The notes under the pieces: model-generated
Databases searched by the model: none
Seen by the model: the letters and a program-made list of their open reading frames with translations, nothing else
Told to the model about the DNA's origin: nothing
Shown here: positions 26,276 to 39,517 of the stretch, in pieces
Layout of the letters: each line of letters begins with the position of its first letter
Numbering within the stretch: position 1 is the first letter of the stretch
Assembly: GCF_009914755.1 (NCBI RefSeq)
Contig: NC_060935.1
Direction: 5' to 3' (one strand)
Length of the DNA: 64,000 bases
Source of the DNA: the human T2T-CHM13v2.0 reference genome, Homo sapiens
Program-made: the position numbers and the translations under genes

Positions 26276-28633
26276 TGTTTTAGTCCATTCTCATGCTGCT
26301 ATAAAGAACTGCCCAAGACTGGGTAATTTATAAAGTAAAGAGGTTTAATTGACTACAGTTCCACACAGCTGGGGCGGTCTCAGGAAACTTACAATCATGG
26401 TGGAAGAGGAAGCAAATCCACCCTTCTTCACATGGCAGCAGGAAGGAGAAGTGCCAAGAAAAAGGGGGGAAAGACCCTTATAAAACCATCAGATCTCATG
26501 GGAACTAACTCACTATCATGAGAACAGCATGAGGGTAACTTCTCCCATGGTTAAATTACCTCCCACCAGATGTCTCCCACAACATGGGGACATTATATGA
26601 ACTACAATTCAAGGTGAGATTGGGTGGGGACACAGAGCCAAACCATATTATTCTGCCCCTGGCCCCTCCCAAATTGTATGTCCTCACATTTCAAAACACA
26701 ATCATGCCCTTCCAACAGTCCCCTAAAGTCTTAACTCATTTCAGTTAACTCAGAAGTCCAAGTCCAAAGTCTCATCTGAGACAAGGCAAACCCCTTCCGC
26801 GTATGAGTCTGTAAAATCAAAAGCAAGTTAGTTACTTCCTAGATACAGTGGGGGTACAGGCATATTATACCTGTTTCAAATGGGAGAAATTGGCCAAACC
26901 AAAGGGGCCATAGGCCTCATACAAGTTCAAAATCCAGCAGGGAAGCCAAATGTTAAAGCTCCAAAATCATCTCCTTTGACTCCATGTCTCATATTCAGGG
27001 CACGCTGATGCAAGATATGGGATGCCACAGCCTTGGGCAGCTCTACCTCTATGGCTTTGCAGGGTATGGCCCCCCTCCTGACTGCTTTCACGGGCTGGCG
27101 TTGAGTCTCTGTGGCTTTTCCAGGCTCACAGTGCAAGCTACCGGTGAATCTATCATTCTGAGGTCTGGAAGACAGTGGTCCGCTTCTCATAGCTCTACTA
27201 GGCAGTGCCCCAGTGGGGACTCTGTGTAGGGGCTTCGATCCCACATTTCCCTTTCTCACTGGCCTAGCAGAGATTCTCCATGAAGCCTTCACCCCTTCAG
27301 TAAACTTCTGCCTGCATATCCAGACATTTCCACACATCCTCTGAAATCTAGTTAGAGGTTCCCAAACCTCAATTCTTGACTTCTGTGCACCCTCAGGCCC
27401 AAAACCATGTGTAAGCCATCAAGGTTTGGGGTTTGTACCCTTTGAAGCCATGGCCTGAGCTATACCATGGCCCCTTTTAGTCATGGCTGGGACACAGGGC
27501 ACCAAGTCCTGAGGCTGTACAAAGCAGCAAAGACCTAGTCCTGGCCTATGAAACCATTTTTTCTTTCTAAGGCTCTGGGCCTGTGATGAGAGGGACTGCT
27601 GGGACAACCTCTGACATGCCCTGGAGACATTTTCCCCATTGTTTTGGTGATTAACATTTGGCTCCTCAGTACTTATACAAATTTCTGCAGACTGCTTGAA
27701 TTTCTCCGCAGAAAATGGGTTTTTCTCTTCTATCACATTGTCAGGCTGCAAATTTTCCTAACTTTGCTTCCCTTTTAAACCTAAATTCCAATTCCAAACC
27801 ATAACTTTGTGAATACATAAAACTGAATGCTTTTAACAGCACCCAAGTCACATCTTGGACACTTTGCTGCTTAGAAATTTCTTCTGCCAGATACCCAAAA
27901 TCATCTCTCTCAAATTCAAAATTCCACAGATCTTTGAGATCTTTGGGCAAAGGAAGAGCCAAAAAAAAAAAAAAAAGCCAGTCTCTTTACTAAAACATAC
28001 CAAGAGTCACCTTTATTCCAGTTCCTAACAAGTCCCTTATCTCCATCTGAGACCACCTCAGCCCAGACTTCATTGTCCATATCACCATCAGAATTTTGGT
28101 TAAAGCCATTTAACAAGTCTCTAGGAAGTTCCAAACTTTCCCACATCTTCCTGTCTTCTGAGCCCTCTAAACTGTTCCAACCTCTGCGTGTTACCAAGTT
28201 CCAAAGTCACTTCCACATTTTCAGGTATCTTCACACTACCCAATACCAATTTACTGTATTAGTCTACTCTCACATGGCCATAGGGAACTGCCCAAGACTG
28301 GGTAATTTATCAAGGAAAGAGTTTTAATTGATTCACCATTCCACAGGGCTGGGGAAGCCTCAGGAAACTTACAATCATGGTGAATGGTGGATGCAGAAGC
28401 AAACATGTCCTTCTTCACATGATGGCAGGAAGGAGAATTGCAGAACAAAAGGGGGAAAGCCCCTTATACAACCATCAGATCCCATGAGAACTCACTATCA
28501 TGACAATAGCATGAGGTTAACTGCCCTCATGATTAAATTACCTCCCACAGGGTCTCTCCCATGACACTTGGGGATCATGGGAACTATAATTCATGGTGAG
28601 ATTTGGGTGGGGACACAGAGCTAAATCATATCA
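26276..28633 (-). mobile_element. Full-length THE1D MaLR provirus (3' LTR 26276-26650, internal 26651-28254, 5' LTR 28255-28633)
   Basis: Two similar LTRs with THE1D-type caggaaacttacaatcatgg; THE1-int ORF remnants; PLS1 sequence resumes on both sides; degenerate 5-bp TSD tctaa/actag. Confidence 0.92.
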
Positions 28634-29789
28634 ACTAGGTTTAAATTTTCAGAAAGAGTGAAAGCGGCGAGCTTTTTATTAATGGCTCTTTCATCAGTTG
28701 TATCTGGTTCAAATAAATTGATCATTTTGCAAAGAAGGATGAGATCTGCAAGTAACTTGAAGATACTGCCATCATTGAGGTTCATGGGTATAAGATGCTT
28801 CATGTATAAGACTACAGTCTTTCCTTTTTAATTATTGCATCAGTAACACAAATTTTTCAAACTGATTTTGCCATCTTGGTTGTTGTCAGCAACTGCTAGA
28901 ATTTTCTCTTATACCTTGTAGCCAGGCATAGGAAGGCTTGCTTAACCTTAAATAGGTCTTGAAGTTCATAGTCACGGACTTACCCACTATTGTGAATATC
29001 CATTCTACTAAACACTTATTTTACTTCTTCAAGCTCCTCCCAAGAAATGATAGTAGTACTGTTTCCAACTTTGGATAGGAAAGACTACCTTCAGGTCTTT
29101 ATATCTCTTTATCTTGTAGTTCACTAGTTGCTTTCACATTCACTGTCTTGTTTAATCATCAAACCCACAGCTCCCTTCTCACAGGGTCAGAAACAGAAAC
29201 ACACACTTTGACTTCTCATCCATAGTTCCCCTAAGTCTTAATTTTAAGTGATGTTGTCAGTTTTCCTCCTTTATGGTGACTTCATGGGTATTTTTAAAAG
29301 GAAGCTAAGAAAACCCACATTAGCTGCTTACTTCTAGGCATCATTTTAAACTGCAGTGCACAATAATGAATCAGCTTAAATAAATCCAGTTGTCCTAAGG
29401 CTCTTAAGACACTGGACTTTAATTTATGTTTTTTCTGTTCTCTAGTAGCCTATCAGTTCTTCTGGGGCAGAAAACCTTTTTTTCTTATTTATCTCCGGGT
29501 CTTCAGCATCTGGCACAGTGCTTGATATCAATCAAAGCAAACAACTGTGTTCAAGATATGATGAAAATTTACAAGTGTAGAGAATTGAACAGCAAGAGGA
29601 ACAAAATTTTTAAAAGGAGATCATAGGAAAGAATTTTGAGAAAAACTATATCTTATACTGAAACACATCTACTGCAAATTAGGACAATTTTGACAATACA
29701 TTTCTGAATACAGACTATAATTATTCTATAATATATCCATGTATGGCATATATAACATATGATATATTTTATATTGGAAAGTTATTTCT

Positions 29790-30745
29790 GCTTGAAATAC
29801 AATACAATGAGCTCCTGTATAACCTTCATCTAGATAAAGGCTCTTTATAGCTATTTTTCCCCTATCCAGGATTCAATCAAGGGATTATGCGTTTCATTTG
29901 GTTGTCACATCCTCTTAGCCTTTGATGGAGAACACACACACACGCACACACACACGTGTGCTCTTTTTTGTTCTTAGTGACAGTGGCATTTTTGAAGACT
30001 CCAGGTAATTTGTCTTATATCTCAATCTTGATTTCTCTGATAGCAGACAAATCTTTACATTTAGATGCAGGTTATGTATGTTTGGCAAAAATACTACTTA
30101 GGTGATTTTGTGTGTCTCAGAAGATGTATCATCACCAGAAGTACATAATGTCACTTTGTTCCAATGTTAATGAGGCTAAATTTCATCACTCAGTTAAGGT
30201 AGTGTCATCAAATCACTCCAATAAAGTTACTGTTTTCTCTTTGCAATTAAATAACCTGTAGAGTGATGTTTTGAGACCATTCTGTTAACCCAATGAATTT
30301 GGTGTCCATTGATAAATCTTCCTGAATTATTACATATGTGTTGCAAAGTAATGATTTTCTAATTATTTCACACATTCTCCACTTATTAGCTGACATGCTC
30401 TGTAAAGAAGAGTTTCCCCCTCCACACACTGACCTTTATTTTATAGCTGTGTAGTTACAGATTCTACTTCTGTCTTAGACATATTTTAATCCATTACCGT
30501 TTTTATGGTTTTGATGCTCAGACTGTCTCACATTTAGCCAATGAGAACTCCTCCAAACTGGCTTCTGAGTCATTTTGATGTACTTCTCTCATTTGCTCAA
30601 CACATATTTGCTTTCTGACCCAATAATATATGACAGTCTCTCCTTTTACTTTCCCTCCATCAGACCTGTGAACAGCCTTTACTCTAAGGAACATGCTGCC
30701 TTTTACTAAGGATGGTACTTAGATCCCATAGCCCATTGAGTTATT
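29790..30745 (-). mobile_element. L1MC4/5-like fragment
   Basis: tccaggattcaatcaagg...catttggttgtca...tttttgaagactccagg. Confidence 0.6.
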
Positions 30746-31798
30746 GCTACTGAGTTATGGCCTAAATACTTCTCTAACCCATGTCTACTACCTCCACCCT
30801 ACTCCATGGCAGCAATCCTCAGTTGGTCTTACGACAGGCTATCTGGCTTCCTTTCAACCACTTTCTCACACTGCAGTCAGTGTGATCTTTCCAAATGCAA
30901 ATTTGTCCCTGCCATACCATGCGCAGGTGCGTGCATTCATTCATGCAGTTCATAACACACTTGAAACAATTCAGTGGTTGCCCTTTGAGTTGTAGAATGA
31001 ACACCAAAAACATTAGAATGACCAAAAACATGTGGGGACATGGCTTGTCCTTTCCCCACACCGAAGTTGCATTTGGCCACTTTTCCCCAGCTCTCTGTGC
31101 TTTATCGGCATTGGCCTCTTTTCCAAACGTATCATGCTTTCTCCCACCACAGCCTATTGCATGTTCTGCCCTCTGTCTAAAATGGTGTCCTCTCACCTAG
31201 TATGTCAGATTCCTGACATATTGATTTAGTGCCTCAGCTCTCCCCCCATGCACAGCTGGAGTGGACTCTCCATATGGGTTTGACTCACTTTGCACTCACA
31301 GCTTCTTGCCCCTTTTTTACTTTCTGCCCAGGGCTTCTTGGATTCAGTGGGCAAGAGCAGGAGCATGCTTCACATATAAGCATGTGTTGGGGAGTTACCT
31401 CTCCCAAGAGCAGCCATTAGTCATGAGCAGAGGCCATGGCAAATGACACAAATCAGGTCTCTTTTTTCTCCTGAGCCATTTTACCAGCACATCACGTCAT
31501 CTCTCATCTCATCCCTTTGTTTCTCCCACACTAGAGCATTCTGTACACCAAAGGTCACACAAATCCTGTCTTCTCCTGTCCATTCTCACACTTTTACATT
31601 TTAACATAATAATCAGAGCCCAGCTTTAATGCCGCTTGCCTCATTGAAGTCTTCCCTGTTACCTCCAGTGAAAATTAATCACTCATTTCTCTACAGCCAT
31701 GACACAACTTCATTATTTCCATTCGAATATTATTCCATCCAACTTTCCTTTATATCAAGATATCTTGATAGGCTGGTAGCTCTTTGAGGTAAGAAGCC

Positions 31799-32208
31799 TA
31801 TTATAAGCTGAAACATGTCCTCCTAAAAATTCACGTTCAAGTCCCCACCCCCAGTACCTCAGAATGTGACTATTTGGAGACAGATTCGTACCAAAGTAAT
31901 TAAGGTAAAATGAGGTCTTTAGGGTGGTGCCTAAACCAATATGACTAATGTCTTTATAAGAAGAGGAAATTTCGGCACAGATGTGTACCAAGGGAAAATG
32001 ATGTGAAGACAAGGCAGAAGGAAGCCATCTACAAGCCAAGGAGGGAGGCCTAGAACAGATCCTTCCCTCACAGCCCTCAGAAGGAACCAATCCTGCTGAT
32101 ACCTTGATTTTAGACTTCTAGCCTCCAGGACCGTGAGAAAATAAATTTCTGTTGTTTAAGCCACCCCATCTGTTGCACTGTGTTAAGGCAGTCCCAGCAA
32201 TCTATCAC
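31799..32208 (+). mobile_element. MLT1B-like MaLR solo LTR
   Basis: cccagtacctcagaatgtgactatttggagacag...ataaatttctgttgtttaagccaccc. Confidence 0.85.
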
Positions 32209-32339
32209 ACTCCCTGTATTTTTTCTCAGCTCACGAGCATCTCCCACAGTGAAAACATATGACGGACTTGCAATAAATGTTTTCTCGTGTGAATTTAATT
32301 AATCACCATGCTATAATGTATTCCTTCCCAATTAGTATG

Positions 32340-32550
32340 TAAAAACTGGCTTTAGAGTCAAACCTGAGTTCAAATTCTACCATCTTACTAGCTGAGTGAC
32401 AATAGGAAAGAAAGCAAATCTTAGGTTAAAGATGGGAATAATCATCATCTAACTCATGGGAGTATTTTGATAATTACATGAGATACTGTAAGGAGGTATT
32501 CGACATAGGACCTGAAAAGGAATAAGCACTCAATAAGTATTAACTACTAT
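32340..32550 (+). mobile_element. MIR SINE
   Basis: gagtcaaacctgagttcaaat...cttactagctgagtgac...gcactcaataa. Confidence 0.7.
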
Positions 32551-34670
32551 TGCTGCCATAATTATTATATGTGTAATAAAAATATAGTGTGTCAGGATGG
32601 AGAAATAAATAAAAGTATATTTTGGTGATCCAGTCTAGGATAATTTACCATGTACTGCACATTTTCTTCAACATCTTAGTTAAAAGTGAACTAAAAAATA
32701 CACTAAGTTCTTCAAAAGAAGTATGTCATTGTTCACTGTGTACTGGAATACTTTATGGAAATATCCCTGCCTTTGGGCTCTTAAAATGAAGATTCATTAC
32801 CAAAAGACATGTCTACAGGGTGAGATAGGCCCAAATGGCCAGGCAATGTCCCAAAATGACAGGCTATTATGTTTCAGCTTCTGAAGGAGTTTCATCCATG
32901 AATAGTGCCTCTGAAAGACAAACTATCCTAGATGACATTCTTAATGGGACAGGGTTGAATTGGAAGAAAGTAAATCTAAGCACCTGAACAATATTGTTAC
33001 TTGTTACTCCTTTCTAGAAAATAGTATTCTCACACCTGGATCACTTTAGTGCTTGAATGCAAAATTTTACAGAGAATGAAAGCAGTAAAATATGTGTATT
33101 AGGGTAAGAAAATTCAATCTAGAAGATGATACTGTGGGATGTTATTTTTATTAAAAACACACACACAACAAATTAGGGCCCGTGGTCTCTAAGATATAAG
33201 GGAAATAATGACTATTTCAGGTCACAGGTGAAATCACCAAACCTTACTTTAAGCAAAGAAGCAACAGAGAGGAGCTGAGGGATGAGGAAGGGCCAACTGT
33301 AATCTGAGTTAATCAGGGTGAGACTCAATGGCTTCAGCCATCTCCTGAGACAAGCTAGGGCTGACATTTCAAATTTAAGAAGCACGATATGATTCTGCCA
33401 TCTTGGTTTGAGAAAGCAGACATTGCCAACTGGTTATCTCTTTTCCTTTATCCTCTAAGGATGGAGTGCAATGTTTCTGTGTCCCTATGGCCAAGTTTTC
33501 TTATAACTAGTCAAGAAAATGTTCTGAATTCCCTTAGACTCATACTAAGTGGCATGCTGCTCTCACATCCCTAGAGGGCCTGCTCCACTTGAAATACTGC
33601 AAACCAAACCTATTCTGACTCCTGGAAACAAGACATCTCTCCATCTCCAGCCACCCTTCCAGTGTCCGCAGCTCATAGGTACTAAATCTGCAGAGGCTCC
33701 CAAAACAAGGAGATAACCGAATGCCTAAATCCTCTACCCCACTCAGCAGATAAAGCCCCAACACCTGTGAGCATGCCATATCACAAATTACTTTACTCTC
33801 AGAATGGCTAGATCCTCTCCCCAAATGACCATGATTACTATCTTCAGCTACGATAATTCACTCACCCATTGCTGTAATCCATGAGACATTTACCCCCAGA
33901 TGAAGTGTCATTACCTATTCCTCCGTATTTCCAATCATGTTACCCCTCTGAAATTTGGGAGATTAGTAAAAAAGATGAGAGACATCCTCAGGGACTTGCC
34001 TATGGGTGAATTTATTGCTTTCTACTCCTTGCATTCAGAGAACAGTACTCTGTGATTAAAAATAAATGAAATATGGCTTATGTTTTAAAAATAAACACAG
34101 CTTTACATTTGCATTGATGCCCCTTGACAAAGATGTGCGTTCATTTTCTTTTAATAACTCCATATCCTATGACTGATATCTGAGAAAATGCTGTATTACA
34201 AACACCAGGTGGGTCACAGGCCTGTCGATGATATCAGAGTATAAACCAGTCAAAACCCTTCCCGTTAAACTTCAGGCAATTGCAATACTCACCACTGAGG
34301 ATGATGAAAGAAACGCACTTTTCTAGAGCAAAACCATTTATGGGAATGTTTGAATTGCTGTTCGGTAAACACAGACACTTGAGAAGAGTGAACCATAAAC
34401 TGAAAAGCTTGAGTATGAGGGAGTGGGTGGCAGGACAGCAAGCAGCACAAGGTTTTCATGACCTAAGAGTAGACAGTTTGTACAGATTGTGTCTATCATC
34501 GTAAATATTTCCACAATCCATTGAGGCAATGATCTCTTTTCTGAAAATGAACACTGATAAGTAGCTATTTAATGCCTCCATTTGTAATAGCTATATTGTG
34601 CATTTAATGTATATTTCCATTGATCGTCATTTAAAAATCATTTACTAAATTAAAAATTAAATTCATCAGT

Positions 34671-35186
34671 TATGGTAGATACTTTTTGCTCTTCCACTTT
34701 TCATCCCTACAGCCCATCTCTGATCCCAGCTACAGTAGGAGTGAACTGGTCTATGCAAAATGCCAACATCCCATCTTAAGCTTGTGCATTTTTGTCTCTG
34801 CTTTTCTACATTAAGGCCTTTCCAAGGCCAAGGAACTTGCTCAGTCCTGCAAAAGCACAGCCTAAGAGCATGGGGGAGTTAAAGGCACAGAGACACAATC
34901 ACTCAGCAGGAATAGGAACTGGCAGATAAATGCCCCAACCCCTAGTCCTTTAGACAAACAGTCCTGATAGGCATTCTGTGGATTTCTCAGAGGATCTTGC
35001 AAAACTGCACCACCAGCACTGCAATTGTAATGACCCATCCTAATATTGGCTTCTTCTCTTTCCCTATCTCATTCTAAGCTTCTTCACTACTGGTTCCTGG
35101 GTTACCCTCCTAATGAAAGTATATGCTCCTAACTTCCCAACTTCTAATCCTATGCTCTGCTTTCAGGAGAGCCCAAACAAAGACAT
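34671..35186 (+). mobile_element. LTR16-like ERVL solo LTR
   Basis: ggcagataaatgcccca...ctctgctttcaggagagcccaaacaaagaca end. Confidence 0.55.
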
Positions 35187-35611
35187 GAAATATCTTAAAA
35201 TCTAGAGATATTTAGATAGCAGAAATCAGGAATGAAGAAAGAATCCAGAAGTAGAAATCAAGACATGAAGGCAGTAAAAGCAACTTTGAAAATATTACCA
35301 TCTAATCATTAAACAATATCTATTTAGTGTTTACTAAGTGCCACACGTGTTCCAACTACTAGAGACACTGCTCCAGGAACTGGCTGTTAAAAATATTCAT
35401 TTACTGAGTTAATTTTTGTAAAGCACTTAGGACTGTGCCTAATACATATTAAGTCCTGTATGTATACTAAATAAGTAGAAAACAGATAAATATATTAAAT
35501 CCTAAGTGTCTACTGGGTATATCCCAAAGTTTAAGCCACCTCTCAGCTTTTCAACAAACTCTTGATATATTTTAATTAAACTTTTTTATTTTTACATAAT
35601 TATAGATTCAA

Positions 35612-35890
35612 TGAGGAGGATGGTTAATGGGTATAAACATATAGTTATCTAGAAGGAAGAAGTTCTAGTGTCTGATAACAAAGTAGGATGACTATAGTTA
35701 ACAATTTATAGTATATTTCAAAATAGCTGGAAGAGAAGATATGAAATTTTCCCAATACAAAGAAATGATGTCTTTGAGGTGATGGATATCCTAAATACCC
35801 AGATATGATCATTACACATTGTATGCATGTATCAAAATAACACCTGTACCCTATAAATATGTACATTTATTAAGTATCAATCAAGAAAAG
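35612..35890 (+). mobile_element. L1MA 3' end
   Basis: atatttcaaaatagc..gaagagaagat...gaggtgatggatatcctaa. Confidence 0.8.
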
Positions 35891-36090
35891 AAATAATAAC
35901 AGACAGTTCCCATGTACCCTTTACCTAATACATGTACTTTACCAGAGTAGCCTAATTTTAATTATACTGCTAATCAAGATCACTCAAATCAAATTTTCTG
36001 CTACTTTTTTTTGGGGTGGGGGCTGAAATTTAGGATCCAATGCTTTTTTAATAGAGGTGAAATCCACATAACATAAAATTAACCATTTAA

Positions 36091-36512
36091 TCCTCATCAA
36101 TGATAGACTGGATAAAGAAAATGTGGTACATACACACCATGGAATACTATGCAGCCATGGAAAGGAACAAGATCATGTTCTTTGCAGGGACATGGATAGA
36201 GTTAGAAGCTGTCATCCTCAGCAAATTAACACAGGAACAGAAAATCAAACACCACATATTCTCACTTATAAGTGGGAACTGAATTATGAGGACACATGGA
36301 CACATGGTGGGGAGCAACACACACTGAGACCTGTCGAGGCAGAGTGGGCACAGAGAGGGAGAGCATCAGGAAGAATAGCCAATGGATACTGGGCTTAATA
36401 CCTGGGTGATGGAATGATCAGTGCAGCAAACCACCATGGCACACATTTACCTACGTAACAAACCTGCACATCCTGCACATGCACCCCAGAACTTAAAAGT
36501 TGAAGAAAAAAA
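36091..36512 (+). mobile_element. L1PA/PB 3' end
   Basis: MIDWIKKMWYIHTMEYYAA remnant, 3' UTR and short A-tail; degenerate TSD attaaccatttaa/attagccacttaa. Confidence 0.85.
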
Positions 36513-37447
36513 CATTAGCCACTTAAAAGTACACAGTTTCTGTTAATCTGTGAATAGGTCATACATTCTTTTTTCCTTGCATACTTCATAATTTTTGCTG
36601 AAAACTGGACATATTTAACATAATATGGTAACTCTGGAAATCAGATTCTTCCCCCTCATCATTGTTTTTTATTCTGTTTCAGCTTGCTGCGGATTGTAGT
36701 GGTTTGTTTACTTTTCTAAACTATTTTTGTAAAGTCTGTATTTTTGGAGTGTGTGCTCTGAGTTCTTTGTTCCTTTAGCTTGTCATTGACTAGTGTTGAC
36801 AGACATTGCCTTCAATGCCTGGAGCCAAGAAAAGAAAAAAACAAACTTTCCCAGTCTTTGCAAATTGTTTTGAGATTGAGGAGCTCTTTCAATACTTAGG
36901 CTGTTTACAACTCTGTGTTAACCTGAACTCTGTGCTTGTACTGAGCCTAAAGATCAGCCAAAGGTGAAAACTCTGGGTCTTCTCTGGTCCTTTCCTAGCA
37001 TGCACCCTTCCCTGGGCATACACATGGCATTCTAAATTTCCCAGTATAGGTAGGCACCCTTCAATTCCCTAATTTACCAAAGCAACTCTCCCTCTGGCTT
37101 TTCATCCCAGGCTGTTGCCTCAACTGTAATCTTTTGCCCCAGGCAGCAGTTGTTTATTTGCCTTACAATGTTTTCAAGGAATGCCCCTTTCATAGCCACT
37201 TCTTTACTCTGAGTGACATCTATTGATTTTGACTTTTTAATAATCACCATTCTTGCAGGAGAAAGCTGGTATCTCATTATGGTTTTTATCTGCATTTCCT
37301 TGATAATTAGTGATGTTGAGCTTTTTCTTCATATGATTCTTGGCCATTTGTATATCTTTTGAGAAATGTCTATTGGTGTAACTTGTCCACTTTTGATGTG
37401 ATTTTTTCTTGATTTATTTGAGTTCCTTGTAGATTCTGGATACTAGT

Positions 37448-39517
37448 TGATATGGTTTGGCTGTGCCTCACCCAAATCTTATCTTGAAGTGTAGCTCCCA
37501 TAATTCCCACGTGTCATGGGAGGGATTGGTGGGAGGTAATTGAATCATGGGGGCAGGTCTTTCCCACGCTGTTCTTGTGATAGTGAATACGTCTCATGAG
37601 ATCTGATGGTTTTATAAAGGGGAGTTTCCATGCACAAGTTCTCTTCTCTTGGACGTTGCCATCCATGTAAGACATGACTTTGCTCCTCCTTGCCTTCCAT
37701 AATGATTGTGAGGCCTCCCCAGGCATGTGGAACTGTGAGTCCATTAAACCTCTATCCTTTATAAATTACCCAGTCTCCAATATGTCTTTATTAGCAGTGT
37801 GAAAACAGACTAATACAGTACATTGGTAGTAGTGGAGTGGGGCACTGCTGAACAGATACCTGAAAATGTGGAAGCAACTTAGGAATTAGGTAACAGGCAG
37901 AGGTTGGAACAGTTTGAAGGCCTCAGAAGAAGACAGAAAAATGTGGGAAAGTTTGGAACTTCCTAGAGACTTGTTGAATGGCTTCAACCAAAATGCTGAT
38001 AATGACATAGACAATGAAATCCAGGCTGAGGTGGTCTCAGATGGAGATGAGGAACTTGTTGGAAACTGGAGAAGGTGACTCTTGCTATGTTTTAGCAAAG
38101 AGACTGGTGGCATTTTGCCCCTGCCCTACAGATTTGTGGAACTTTGAACTTGAGAAAGATTATTTAGGTTATCTGGCAGAAGAAATTTAAGCAACAAAGC
38201 ATTCAAGAGGTGACTTGGGTGATGTTAAAGATATTCAGTTTTAAAAGGGAAACCAAGCATAAAAATTCAGAAAATTTGCAGCCTGGCAATGTGATAGAAA
38301 AGAAAATCCCATTTTCTGAGAAGAAATTCAAGCCTGCTGCAGAAATTTGCATAAGTAACGAGGAGCTGAATGTTAAACACCAAGACAATGGGGAAAATAT
38401 CTCCAGGGCATGTCAGAGACCTTTGTGGCAGCCCCTCTCATCACAGGCCTGGAGGCCTAGGAGGAAAAAATGGTTTTTGTGGCCAGGCCCAAGGCCCCCC
38501 TACTGTGTGCAGCCTAGGAACTTGGTGACCAACATCCCAGCCACTCTAGCCATGGCTGAGGGGATCCAAGGTATAGCTCAGACAATGGCTTCAGTGAGTG
38601 CAAGCCCCAAGCCTTGGCAGCTTCCACATAGTGTTGGGTCTGCAGGTACACAGAAGTCAAGAATTGAGGATTGGGAATCTCTGCCTGGATTTCAGAGGAT
38701 GTATGGAAATATCTGGATGGGCAGGCAGAAATTTGCTGCAGGGGTGGGGCCCTAATGAAGAACCTCTGCTACGGCAGTGCGGAAAGGAAATGTGGGATTA
38801 AAGCCCCCCAACAGAGTCCCCACTGGGGCACTGCCTAGTGGAGGTATGAGAAGAGGGCCTCTGTCCTCCAGACCCCAGAATGGTAGATCCACTGACAGCT
38901 TGCACTGTGTGTCTGGAAAAGCCCCAGATACTCAATGCCAGCCTGTGAAAGCAGCTGGGAGGGAGGCTATACCCTGCAAAGCCATAGTGTTGGAGCTGCC
39001 CAAGACCATAGGAACCCACCTCTTGCATTAGCATGGCCTGGATGTGAGACATGGAGTCAAAGAGATTATTTTGGAGCTTTAAGATTTGACTGTCCCACTG
39101 AATTTCAGATTTACATGGGCCCTTTAACCCCTTCATTTCGGCCAATTTCTCCCATTTTGAATAGGTGTATTTATTCCGATGCCTGTACCCCCACTGTATC
39201 AAGGAGGTAACTAACTTGCTTTTGATTTTACAGGCTTATAGGCAGAAGGGACTTGCTTTGTCTCAGGTAAGATTTTGGACTGTGGACTTTTGGGTTAATG
39301 CTGAAGTGAGTTAAGACTTTGGGGGACTGTTGGGAAGGCATGAGTGGTTTTGAAATGTGAGGACCTGAGATTTGGGAGGGGCCAGGTTTGGAATGATATA
39401 GTCTGGCTCTGCCCTTACCCAAATCTCATCTTGAATTCCCACATGTTGTGGGAGGGAACTGGTGGGAGGTAATTGAATCACAGGGGCAGGTCTTTCCCAT
39501 GCTGTTCTCGTGATAGT
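37448..39517 (+). mobile_element. THE1B/C MaLR provirus (5' LTR 37448-37817, internal, truncated 3' LTR 39394-39517)
   Basis: tgatatggtttggctgtg...gactaataca LTR; THE1-int ORF remnant 38210..38755. Confidence 0.92.

Larger units (their letters stand above)
24444..29225 (-). pseudogene. PLS1P1: Processed pseudogene of plastin-1 (PLS1, I-plastin/fimbrin); CDS-equivalent 29068 to 25035; interrupted by THE1D
   Basis: Intronless PLS1-like peptides: [34 protein letters not shown]; AGW.TI.NFSQ..KDSRAYFHLL.QI.PKG; [24 protein letters not shown]; KPKMVM.VF.CLMGKGLNRIK*. Start ATG changed to TTG (29066-29068); stops, frameshifts and deletions throughout; T-tract at 24442-24449; TSD tt(t/c)ccctaagtctt at 24430-24443 and 29226-29239. 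Parent gene is certain; the P1 symbol is inferred. Confidence 0.93.

Noticed and set aside
38210-39210. Longest ORFs (181 aa and neighbours) and the related ORFs at 26927-28197
   Set aside because: Fragments of the THE1 internal ORF, broken by stops and frameshifts; not host genes.
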